A DNA stretch of 32,000 nucleotides, from positions 3,090,001 through 3,122,000 of the forward strand of contig NC_017039.1 of the NCBI RefSeq assembly GCF_000284455.1. Direction: 5' to 3'. Source of the DNA: Synechocystis sp. PCC 6803 substr. PCC-P (GTDB taxonomy: Bacteria > Cyanobacteriota > Cyanobacteriia > Cyanobacteriales > Microcystaceae). Position numbers and translations under genes: made by a program. Positions within the stretch are counted from its first letter, which is position 1; the number at the start of each line of letters is the position of its first letter. Below the pieces are notes generated by a model that was not told where the DNA came from, ran no database searches, and saw nothing but the letters and a program-made list of their open reading frames with translations. Positions 16,471 to 24,510 of this stretch are shown piece by piece.

Positions 16471-17523
16471 TCAGTGTAGGTGGGAAGGTAAAATAATTGG
16501 AGCAATAATAAGGTCTCCTAAAGCCATTACTGCCTTCTTCAATCTGTCAAATAAGCAATGGAAGCTTCTCAATAACTGAGGTGTATAAATCACCGTCATC
16601 CACGGCTTTAATAAATTAAAGTAACATAATGGCTGAATTATTAATCTCATGTTGTTAAGTATGTTTTTCCATCCACTTTTTTGATTCCACCAAGGATGTT
16701 TTTGTATATTCTGATAAGCTATCTCCCTAGTCTGTTTTGATTTGTTTAAGGAGTTATCATGCGGAGGCAAATTTTCTATCTGAAGACTTATCATTAAATA
16801 TACGCTCATCACTATTTCCCGCCATTTTTCTATTCTGGAATAGTCCATCATTCTAAAATCTGCTCACTCCAGTTCATTCTTTATTTGCTTTAATCCATAC
16901 TCTATCCAGTTCCTTGCTCCATATAAGTTACCCACTTCTTTATATTTTATTTCTGATACTTTTGTCATAATACAATACGTTGAATTTGACGGCATTTTCT
17001 CCTTGCTATCCGTTACTTGCCAATATCTTTTTTCCCCTCTCTTTCCATAAATAATTTCTCTCACGTATCTTATTTCCGACTTTCCACTTGCAAATTCTCT
17101 CTCAAATTTTCTCCATTTGTTCGCTCTTACTCTTTCCTCTTTCCCAAGCCAGACTCCATGATTACTCCTTATAGCTAGTACATATTCTAGATTTTCTTTT
17201 TCTAATACTCTTACAAAGTTCTCGCTGCTCTCTCCATATTCACTATCTGCTAATACTACCTTTATATTGAAACCAAGCTCTTTTATTTCTTTGATAATTT
17301 CCCCTGCTATCTCTGGTTTGCTTTTGTATTTATCCCCCTCTTTTAGTCTTGCCTCTGGTTTATATACTTTGCTGATTAATGGTACTGTCATTCCCTTTAT
17401 AATTCCATAACACATCACCTCTACTATTCCATTTTCTATTTTTCCTAGATTGCCAATATACTGACGCGCAACATAATCTGTCTTTCTTCCTTTTTTCCTA
17501 TCCCCTGTTTCGTCTATGAGCAT
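16471..17523 (-). pseudogene. IS701-like transposase, central and C-terminal parts, broken by an in-frame TGA at 16864-16866
   Basis: The ORFs 16864..17523 and 16471..16851 share one frame, 12 nt apart: ...KNELE-TGA-ADFRMMDYSRIEKW... The TGA falls where I recall this family having Trp (ELGW-ADF). Confidence 0.75.
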
Positions 17524-17560
17524 TGTTATTGCTTCTCCTTTCGCAAAACTCAGAATTTTA

Positions 17561-18388
17561 TTAATTCTTCTTTCCTTTACCTCCTCTAAGAAAGTGTTTG
17601 AAAAGTTTTAAGCAAAGCCTTTGAAGCATGAGATGAACCATGGCAACATAGAGCATTGTCTCACTGGTGGTAGGTAAATATTCATAATCTTTGCTTAAAC
17701 GACGATAACGACCAAACCAAGCAAAAGTGCGCTCGACTACCCAACGGCGGGGTAGGACTTCAAAGCCTTTTTGTCCCTGCTTTTTGCTGACCACATTCAA
17801 GGTCCAACCAAAAGTATGCTCCACCCAGAAAATAAAATCCTTTCCGCCAAAGGTGCTGTCAGTCCATATAACTTGCAGGCACTGCCAAAGGGGAGCAAAC
17901 CAGGTGCCAAGTAGAATCAGACCCTGATGGTCAGAGCGATGGGCACCGACAACATCGAGAAGTAATCCCATGGTATCCACGAGGATTGTACGTTTACGAC
18001 CATTGACCTTTTTTCCACCGTCATAGCCAGTTTCTTGGCCAGTTCAAGCCTTTTTAAGTGACTGTGAATCTAAACAACCGGCACTAGGGTGAGTATTTCT
18101 TCCAGCTTTGAGCCGAACTTTCTCACGGAAGATACGGTTTAATTTTTTCCAGGTACCATCTTCGTGCCATTGCTGGAAATAACCATAGACCGTTCGCCAT
18201 TTAGGAAAATCATGGGGCAGAAGTCGCCAGGCACACCCCGTTCTGAGCATGTAAAAAATGGCATTGAGTATCTCCCTCAGACTAGTTTTCCATTTTCTTC
18301 CCCCAGTTTTTGCTTTGGGTAAATGAGGTTCTACCAATTGCCACTGGCTATCAGTGATGTCCGTGCTGTAAAATTCTCGGATTATCAT
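17561..18388 (-). pseudogene. IS5-family transposase, inactivated (split into 114-aa and 139-aa ORFs)
   Basis: Compared with the intact 261-aa protein it has substitutions (R32W, P73Q and others), a premature stop after ...SLKKA, a 2-codon deletion (VVVHGAH becomes VVGAH) and a 1-nt insertion that changes the C-terminus (QRLCLKLFKHF...). Confidence 0.9.
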
Positions 18389-18455
18389 TAATTATGGTGA
18401 AAATTTTATTCTTTTCACCATTTTCCATTCTTCACCCTACTTTTCAAACACGCTC
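17590..18455 (-). mobile_element. IS5-family insertion sequence, copy 3, degenerate (866 bp), nested in the IS701-like element
   Basis: Same termini as copies 1 and 2 (GAAAGTGTTTGAAAAGT at 17590; ...CAAACACGCTC ending at 18455). Flanked by TAA (17587-17589 and 18456-18458). Confidence 0.9.
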
Positions 18456-18458
18456 TAA

Positions 18459-18752
18459 CAGAAAAATAGTAGAAAGCCTAGAATCAATACAAATTGTTAA
18501 TTGTCCATTAACTTTAGTGTGAGCAAGATTTAAAAAAAAACTATCCTTCTTTAGATCGAAGTTGAATGGAATAATGTATATTCCAAATTGATCATTTTTC
18601 CTGACATTGATGAGATTTTCATGTTTTTTGTTGATGTTAACTCCCCTCGCATTTGCTAGACGAATTAAACTACTATTTTTATCTGTGATGCTTTTAGATC
18701 GACTACCAATTCCCTTTTTGCCTGATTCATAGTCTTTTCAAGCTGTTGTCAT
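18459..18752 (-). pseudogene. IS701-like transposase N-terminal part (MTTA-TGA-KDYESGKKGIGSRSKSIT...)
   Basis: 93 stop-free codons run from 18737 to 18459 and join in frame to 17589. No ATG, GTG or TTG occurs in this frame between ATG 18752 and ATG 17523. The only candidate start, ATG 18752, is followed 4 codons later by TGA (18738-18740). Confidence 0.55.
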
Positions 18753-19658
18753 TGCTTGCTCCAATTTTTCTTTTTCAACGGAATCATTAAAATGAATATT
18801 AACTAGATCATTCTCATAAGCTTTTAAATTTTGAAGAATATAGGTGAAATAAGAGCGTCCATTTTTTGCAGCAATTCTATTCTTCAGTTTTGAAAGAGAT
18901 TCCTCAGTTAATGCTGGGATTGACTCCTGTGCTAAAAAAGTTTGGCTAAAATCTAGTGGAAATTCTTGGATAGTTAATTGAGTCGTAACCGTACCATATT
19001 CAACGATAAAATTATTGACATGTAAACGATAAATAGATGCTCCAAGCTGATAAGATTGACGAAATTTAGGTATTACTTCCCATTTTTTAGCGTATTGTTT
19101 TCGCGTCTGAAACATTGAATGTATGATATCTGAAGTATTATCTTCACTGTCTGATGAAAGTTTTTTCTTGATTAAAGTTGGGTTGATGGCAATATGAATG
19201 ACTGGAGATATAGAGTTTTTGCGCTTGCCCAACACGGAATTTATTGCTTCTAGTTCCTTCGTTTGGTAATCTACTCCAATAATAAACGCAAATCCTTGAA
19301 TTTTAATTAATGTTTCTCTGAGCAATGTTTCCGTTGGTCGAAACGTTTTAGTTTTAACTTTAGATGTATTAAGTTGAGGTGTATATTTTTCAATTTCTTC
19401 TTTTTCTATTTTAGCAAGTTCAATTTCGTCAACTATTCGGTAATAAATTGAGAAATAATGATTTTTCTGTGATTCAAGTTGAAAAAAACGATGGTGACTT
19501 TTGCCTTGCCATCTGTTTCTAATATTTTTAGCTTTTCCAACATACCATACTAAATTTTGTTCGTCGACGACATAGTAAATGCCGGAAAAAATTGGTAGGT
19601 TATCTTTTGTGGCGAGTGAAACCTTTGGTAAGTTAAGTAAAAAACTATCAGCTATCAT
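18738..19658 (-). CDS. GIY-YIG nuclease-domain protein with an unassigned C-terminal region of about 200 aa
   Basis: GIY (aa 25-27), then 10 residues, then YVG (aa 38-40), then KNIRNRW (conserved Arg) and EKEEIEKYTPQLN (conserved Glu/Asn). This is the canonical GIY-x10-YIG layout. AT-rich, with no HIP1 site. The 3' end overlaps the presumed start of the IS701-like frame. Confidence 0.7.
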   Translation of the reverse strand: MIADSFLLNLPKVSLATKDNLPIFSGIYYVVDEQNLVWYVGKAKNIRNRWQGKSHHRFFQLESQKNHYFSIYYRIVDEIELAKIEKEEIEKYTPQLNTSKVKTKTFRPTETLLRETLIKIQGFAFIIGVDYQTKELEAINSVLGKRKNSISPVIHIAINPTLIKKKLSSDSEDNTSDIIHSMFQTRKQYAKKWEVIPKFRQSYQLGASIYRLHVNNFIVEYGTVTTQLTIQEFPLDFSQTFLAQESIPALTEESLSKLKNRIAAKNGRSYFTYILQNLKAYENDLVNIHFNDSVEKEKLEQAMTTA

Positions 19659-19823
19659 TGGTTACGTCAAATTTAAAAAACAAAAAGTAGAATGTCCTAG
19701 GATTTTGTGTCAATGAATTAAAATGATTAATCAGTTTATTAGCAATAACTTATTAACTAAAGTTTAGATAAATTGCCAAAGTGTGACGAGACTGATAAGA
19801 AGAGTATAGCAAGCCACTCTTTT

Positions 19824-20216
19824 ATGACCATGAAAATTATTCAAACTGCCCAAGCTCCTGCCCCTGTTGGCCCCTATAACCAGGCGATCGCCGCCAATGG
19901 TTTCCTCTTTACGGCTGGCCAAATTGCCCTCGACCCCCAAACCATGACCATTATGGGAGAGGGGAACGTGGAAGTCCAAGCAAAACAGGTATTGACTAAT
20001 TTAGGGGCGGTGCTCCAGGAAGCGGGCTGTGGTTGGGAAAATGTGGTTAAAACTACGGTATTTCTCAAAGATATGAACGATTTCGCCGCAGTTAATGCCA
20101 TCTATGGCCAATATTTTGACGAGGCTACGGCTCCGGCCCGTAGTTGTGTGGAAGTGGCCCGCCTACCCAAAGATGTGTTAGTAGAAATCGATTGTGTCGC
20201 TGTGTTACCAACCTAG
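19824..20216 (+). CDS. ridA: RidA/YjgF/TdcF-family reactive-intermediate deaminase
   Basis: MKIIQTAQAPAPVGPYNQAI...GQIALDP...TTVFLKDMNDFAAVNAIY...PARSCVEVARLPKDVLVEIDCVA is a typical RidA sequence. The start was moved from the track's 19773 to ATG 19824 to give the usual family length of about 130 aa. Confidence 0.85.
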   Translation: MTMKIIQTAQAPAPVGPYNQAIAANGFLFTAGQIALDPQTMTIMGEGNVEVQAKQVLTNLGAVLQEAGCGWENVVKTTVFLKDMNDFAAVNAIYGQYFDEATAPARSCVEVARLPKDVLVEIDCVAVLPT

Positions 20217-20344
20217 GGCAATGTCCGTCATGGCCCCAGGCTCCATGCTCTAATGGAACTGTTGATTAAACAAATTTGTTCGGAATATTCAGGCCGCCCC
20301 GCTCCAGAGCCAATAGCGGTCCCACTGTTCCAGGAGTAGCAATT

Positions 20345-21631
20345 ATGGCTGGATCACTGTTTGCCGATGCCAGTAAAAGATTAGAAAAAGCCCTGAAATA
20401 TGTGGCCATTTCCGACGATGCCGGGGAAAGGCTGAAATATCCCAAAACCAGTCTCAGTGTTTCCATTCCGGTGCGGATGGACGATGGCTCTTTAAAAATC
20501 TTTCCCGGTTACCGAGTGCGCTACGACGACACCAGGGGGCCAGGCAAAGGGGGCGTGCGCTACCATCCCAACGTCACCATGGATGAGGTGCAATCCTTAG
20601 CCTTTTGGATGACCTTTAAATGTGCCCTGTTAAATTTGCCCTTCGGAGGAGCTAAGGGGGGCATCACCCTCAATCCCAAAGAACTCAGCCGAGCAGAATT
20701 GGAGCGTTTAAGTCGGGGTTACATCGAGGCGATCGCCGATTTTATTGGCCCGGACATCGACATTTTAGCCCCGGATGTTTACACCAATGAAATGATGATG
20801 GGCTGGATGATGGACCAATACAGCATCATTCGCCGCAAAATTAGTCCCGCTGTGGTCACCGGCAAACCCGTCACCATGGGGGGCAGTCAAGGTCGCAACA
20901 CGGCCACCGGCACTGGAGCTTTTTACATCATGCAGGGCATGCTACCCAAGTTTGACCAATATCCCGAAAATACCACCGTTGCTGTCCAGGGTTTCGGTAA
21001 TGCGGGTATGGTGGTAGCCGAATGTTTATACCAAGATGGCTACAAAGTGGTGGCCATCAGTGATTCCCAGGGGGGCATTTATAACGAACAAGGCATCGAT
21101 ATTCCCGCTGTGATTGATTACAAACAACGGCATCGCACTTTAGCGGGTATGTACTGTGACCAAGCCATCTGCGATTTAGGGGAAAATCAACAAATCAGTA
21201 ATGCCGAGTTACTAGCTCTGGACGTGGACGTGCTCATTCCCGCCGCCTTGGAAAATCAAATTACCCGCGACAATGCAGACCAAGTCAGAGCTCGCTACAT
21301 TTTTGAAGTTGCTAATGGGCCCACCACCACCGCCGCCGATGATATTTTGGCTAGCAAAGGTATCTATGTTTTCCCCGATATTTTGGTCAATGCTGGGGGG
21401 GTGACGGTGAGCTACTTTGAATGGGTACAGAACCGCAGTGGACTTTATTGGAGCGCCAAGGAAGTTAACGATCGCCTGAAGGAAAAAATGGTGGAGGAAG
21501 CGGAACATGTGTGGAACATTACCCAGGAATTGGATGTGAATGTGCGCACTGCAGCCTATATCCACGCCCTTAACCGCCTGAGCGAAGCTATGGATGCTAA
21601 GGGGACTAGGGATTATTACCAGGACAGCTAG
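20345..21631 (+). CDS. gdhA: glutamate dehydrogenase (Glu/Leu/Phe/Val dehydrogenase family)
   Basis: Catalytic Lys block LPFGGAKGGI and dinucleotide fold VAVQGFGNAGMV. The start was moved to ATG 20345 (MAGSLFADASKRLEKA...), because the upstream extension from 20276 looks non-coding. Confidence 0.9.
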   Translation: MAGSLFADASKRLEKALKYVAISDDAGERLKYPKTSLSVSIPVRMDDGSLKIFPGYRVRYDDTRGPGKGGVRYHPNVTMDEVQSLAFWMTFKCALLNLPFGGAKGGITLNPKELSRAELERLSRGYIEAIADFIGPDIDILAPDVYTNEMMMGWMMDQYSIIRRKISPAVVTGKPVTMGGSQGRNTATGTGAFYIMQGMLPKFDQYPENTTVAVQGFGNAGMVVAECLYQDGYKVVAISDSQGGIYNEQGIDIPAVIDYKQRHRTLAGMYCDQAICDLGENQQISNAELLALDVDVLIPAALENQITRDNADQVRARYIFEVANGPTTTAADDILASKGIYVFPDILVNAGGVTVSYFEWVQNRSGLYWSAKEVNDRLKEKMVEEAEHVWNITQELDVNVRTAAYIHALNRLSEAMDAKGTRDYYQDS

Positions 21632-21701
21632 GAAAATCTGAAATAATAGGAATGGTGTTTTTCTGCTGCTTCCTAATCCCGTCCATTTTTCACTGTTCAC
21701 C

Positions 21702-22115
21702 ATGACCGAAACTACCATTACCACCAGCGATAACGTCGAAAAGTATGGCGAGCGGGAAATTCGGGATGCCCAACTGATTACTTTCCCCAATCCCCGCCCC
21801 GGCCGTCGTTACGATGTCCATATCACCCTGCCGGAATTCACCTGTAAATGTCCTTTTTCCGGCTACCCGGATTTTGCCACCCTTTATCTGACCTATTGCC
21901 CTGACCAGAAGGTGGTGGAGCTAAAGTCTATCAAGCTTTACATCAATAGTTACCGCGATCGCCATATTCCCCATGAGGAAGTAACCAATCAGATTTTGGA
22001 TGACTTTGTGGCGGTGGCCAATCCTTTGTACGCTAGACTAAAAGCTGATTTTAATCCCCGGGGGAATGTTCATACGGTGATTGAAGTGGAATATCATCAG
22101 GAAAAAGCTAGTTAA
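21702..22115 (+). CDS. queF: NADPH-dependent 7-cyano-7-deazaguanine (preQ0) reductase, unimodular type
   Basis: Catalytic Cys context FTCKCPFSGYPDFATL and the QueF motif ELKSIKLYINSYR. The 137-aa length fits type I QueF. Confidence 0.85.
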   Translation: MTETTITTSDNVEKYGEREIRDAQLITFPNPRPGRRYDVHITLPEFTCKCPFSGYPDFATLYLTYCPDQKVVELKSIKLYINSYRDRHIPHEEVTNQILDDFVAVANPLYARLKADFNPRGNVHTVIEVEYHQEKAS

Positions 22116-22306
22116 AAGCAACTAATCCTAGTTCCTAGGAGCATGTTTCAAAAGTCCCCAGCTACCCCCTAAGTTTTGGGGGAAGTTAGCTCAAAGTTTT
22201 CCAGTATTGCCGGAACTTTAGTGGGTCGATTTAGGGTCAAAAATCAGATTTTACAAACAGATTCTGAGCCAGCTTGGAAGATTTTCGCATTTTATGAGGT
22301 GAGGCT

Positions 22307-23275
22307 ATGACCGCCTGGCAAAAGATACAAAAAATTGCGCCGGCGGCGATCGGGGCTTGCTTGTTCGTGCTTTCCATTGGGGCCATCAACTCAGAATTAC
22401 ACCACTACGGTTGGCAAAATGTTTTAGCCAGTTTTCAGGGCATTGTCAAAACCCGTTTAGCCGGAGCCTTTGCGCTCATGCTGATCAACTACATAATTTT
22501 GACTGGCTACGATACTCTGGCCATGTTTTACCTGGGGCAATCTCTACCCCTGACGAAAACTAGCTTTGTCGGCTTTGTCAGTTACGCCATTAGTAACAGT
22601 GTCGGCTTGGCCTTGCTCAGTGGCAGTGCCATCCGGTACCGTCTCTATCAATCCTGGCAGGTTTCTGCCCCCATCATTGCCCAGGCGATCGCCTTTTGTA
22701 ACCTGAGTTTTTGGGTGGGTTTATTAACGGTGGGGGGCATAACTTTTGTGGTGGATCCCCTACAGTTGCCCGCCTTTCTCCATTTACCGTTTCTTTCTGT
22801 CCATCCCATTGGCTTTACTTTCCTTGCCATCATTGGGATTTATTTGTTGATAACGGGCAATTTAATTAAGCCATTCAAAATCGGCCAATGGCAAACTCCC
22901 AAAATTCCCTTTGCCGTATCCTTAGCTCAAATTGGTTTGACGGCGGTGGATTGGATTTTAGCCTCTGGTATTTTATACGTGCTATTACCTGGGCACCATC
23001 ACCTTAGTTTTCCCGGCTTTTTTGGCATTTATCTGCTGGCGCAGGTGGCGGGCATTATCAGTAATGTGCCGGGGGGACTGGGGGTATTTGAAACGGTGGT
23101 GTTATTTTTGCTGACTCCTAAATATTCCTCGGTGCAAGTGCTGGGGGCATTGTTGGCATACCGAGTGATTTATTACTGGATTCCCTTGGGCAGTGCGAGC
23201 CTCAGCTTGGGGGCATTTGAGCTTTTACAACATCGACGGGAACGACGGCAAAAATCAGGCTCTGAGTCTGAGTAG
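22307..23275 (+). CDS. polytopic membrane protein related to the MprF flippase domain (LPG_synthase_TM/UPF0104) and lacking a synthase domain
   Basis: GYDTLAMFYLGQSLPLTKTSFVGFVSYAISNSVGLALLSGSAIRYRLYQSW resembles the conserved central block of the MprF N-terminal domain. It has about 8 hydrophobic segments. Recognition is from memory. Confidence 0.55.
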   Translation: MTAWQKIQKIAPAAIGACLFVLSIGAINSELHHYGWQNVLASFQGIVKTRLAGAFALMLINYIILTGYDTLAMFYLGQSLPLTKTSFVGFVSYAISNSVGLALLSGSAIRYRLYQSWQVSAPIIAQAIAFCNLSFWVGLLTVGGITFVVDPLQLPAFLHLPFLSVHPIGFTFLAIIGIYLLITGNLIKPFKIGQWQTPKIPFAVSLAQIGLTAVDWILASGILYVLLPGHHHLSFPGFFGIYLLAQVAGIISNVPGGLGVFETVVLFLLTPKYSSVQVLGALLAYRVIYYWIPLGSASLSLGAFELLQHRRERRQKSGSESE

Positions 23276-23399
23276 ATTAATGTGGACAAAAAACAAAGCT
23301 TTGCCTTGTCGGCAGATTTTTGAGGTTTAGCTGGATTATTGGCAAATTATTTAGGTTTCGGCATCCGCTGATTTCGATTAGATTCCATCACCCAATTAA

Positions 23400-23801
23400 T
23401 TACAAATGGGGATTGATTTGCGGGTAACCCAGGGGACGAATTTGTTGATGCTTCCTTTTTTCTTCCAAATGTTTCAGCTCGTCGTAGGGCACCCAATGGA
23501 TACAGTCCACCGGACAGGTATCGATCGCCTCTTGGATAACCGCTTCATCGTCCCCATTTTGGCTAAAGGCCCGGGAGCGGCCATGCTCCTGCTCAATGGT
23601 GAAAGTATTGGGAGCCACGTGGGCACAGTTTTTGCAACCAATGCAGGTCACTTCATCCACATAGACTCCCCTTTCCCGTAACTCTCCGCCCAATTCCGGC
23701 TCTAAACCAGAACGGTCATCGAAATTACGCCAATCTCCCCCCAACTCCGGTTCCAGTCCAGAACGGTGATCGGGAGGAAAATTTAGATCAGCTATCACCA
23801 T
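23400..23801 (-). CDS. single-cluster 4Fe-4S ferredoxin-domain protein with a repeat-containing N-terminal extension
   Basis: CIGCKNCAHVAPNTF ... IDTCPVDCIHW gives a CxxCxxC...CP arrangement. The N-terminus carries two copies of RSGLEPELGG. The start ATG overlaps the ycf35 stop (ATGA). Confidence 0.85.
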   Translation of the reverse strand: MVIADLNFPPDHRSGLEPELGGDWRNFDDRSGLEPELGGELRERGVYVDEVTCIGCKNCAHVAPNTFTIEQEHGRSRAFSQNGDDEAVIQEAIDTCPVDCIHWVPYDELKHLEEKRKHQQIRPLGYPQINPHL

Positions 23802-24187
23802 CAGGCACTCCAGCGTTGCACCACCAACCGCACTGAGCCGTCTTCATTTTTTTGTTGTTCCGTCACCGCAAAACCTTGTTTGGCCGATTCATTAAGTACG
23901 GTTTCCAGAGCGTAACCCTGGGTGATTTTTTGCAGAAATCCTTCCACCGAAAGGGGCTGTTGCCAGTACTGTAAATCTGTCACCAACTCATATTCCTGAC
24001 CATTCCAGCTAAAACCTAGGTCGTAATCATTGCTCTGTTCAATCACCACTGCGGCTTTGGCGGTCAAACCCTGGTAGCCCCGCACGGTGGCCGGCCCTTC
24101 TTTCCAATCCAGACCCAAGTTGGTGAGGGTGGTTTTCAACACATCAAGGTTACGAATCTTGGTTTTGATATTGCTAAAGTGAGACAT
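23801..24187 (-). CDS. ycf35: Ycf35 (DUF1257) protein
   Basis: 128 aa. MSHFSNIKTKIRNLDVLKTTLTNLGLDW...GFSWNGQEYELVTDLQYW is the typical DUF1257/Ycf35 sequence pattern, conserved in cyanobacteria and some plastids. Confidence 0.8.
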   Translation of the reverse strand: MSHFSNIKTKIRNLDVLKTTLTNLGLDWKEGPATVRGYQGLTAKAAVVIEQSNDYDLGFSWNGQEYELVTDLQYWQQPLSVEGFLQKITQGYALETVLNESAKQGFAVTEQQKNEDGSVRLVVQRWSA

Positions 24188-24267
24188 AGGAAATTACAAA
24201 AAAATTAGAAGAATGGATGAGACAGGTTCTTAAAACTTTTAAACAAGGATTTTCATACAGAGAGAAT

Positions 24268-24510
24268 TTAACTTCCCCCAGGCCAGCTAGAAAGAGTCTG
24301 GGATTGCTGAACTGATTGGTTCAACGGACTGGTTTGGGCAAAAAACTCCGAAGTAGTCTGCTGGGTAAGCACTACCCCTAGTTCGGCCTCGATCGCCGCG
24401 GTCACTTCCTGACAAGAGCGACCCACAATGCCGGTTACCGTTTCCTTCACCCGGCCGTCGGGGTAAATGACGAATTCCAGAGTTTCTAGATTCACGGTCA
24501 ATCCTCCCAT
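24268..24510 (-). CDS. DUF2997-family small protein
   Basis: ETLEFVIYPDGRVKETVTGIVGRSCQEVTAAIEAELG matches the DUF2997 pattern as I recall it. This family is commonly encoded next to DUF1257/ycf35. Confidence 0.7.
   Translation of the reverse strand: MGGLTVNLETLEFVIYPDGRVKETVTGIVGRSCQEVTAAIEAELGVVLTQQTTSEFFAQTSPLNQSVQQSQTLSSWPGGS

Larger units (their letters stand above)
16471..18752 (-). mobile_element. decayed IS701-like (IS4-superfamily DDE) element; the coordinates are the minimal coding extent because the terminal repeats were not resolved
   Basis: The reading frame can be reconstructed across 18752-18459, 17589-16474 after removing the nested IS5-type copy plus one TSD. It contains LIDETGDRKKGRKTDYVARQYIGNLGKIENG (the IS701-type DDE first-Asp block) and DYSRIEKWREIVMSVYLMISL (C-terminal block). 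Confidence 0.7.

Noticed and set aside
1718-18455. Large repeated blocks that might suggest a CRISPR array or segmental duplication
   Set aside because: All long repeats resolve into IS copies (871-bp IS5-type x3, 947-bp ISY100 x2) with terminal inverted repeats and target duplications. There is no short repeat-spacer periodicity anywhere.
16864-18740. Idea that the two in-frame TGA codons reflect a TGA=Trp genetic code in the donor of the AT-rich IS701-like element
   Set aside because: The same frame uses ordinary TGG for Trp several times (for example NWIEYG at about 16905, plus VWLG, KWRKF, RYWQ). Simple TGG-to-TGA nonsense mutations in a dead element are more parsimonious.
21212-21790. 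192-aa minus-strand ORF
   Set aside because: It is antisense to the gdhA 3' half and the queF start and has a low-complexity GGGGGG run. GdhA and QueF carry clear family motifs.
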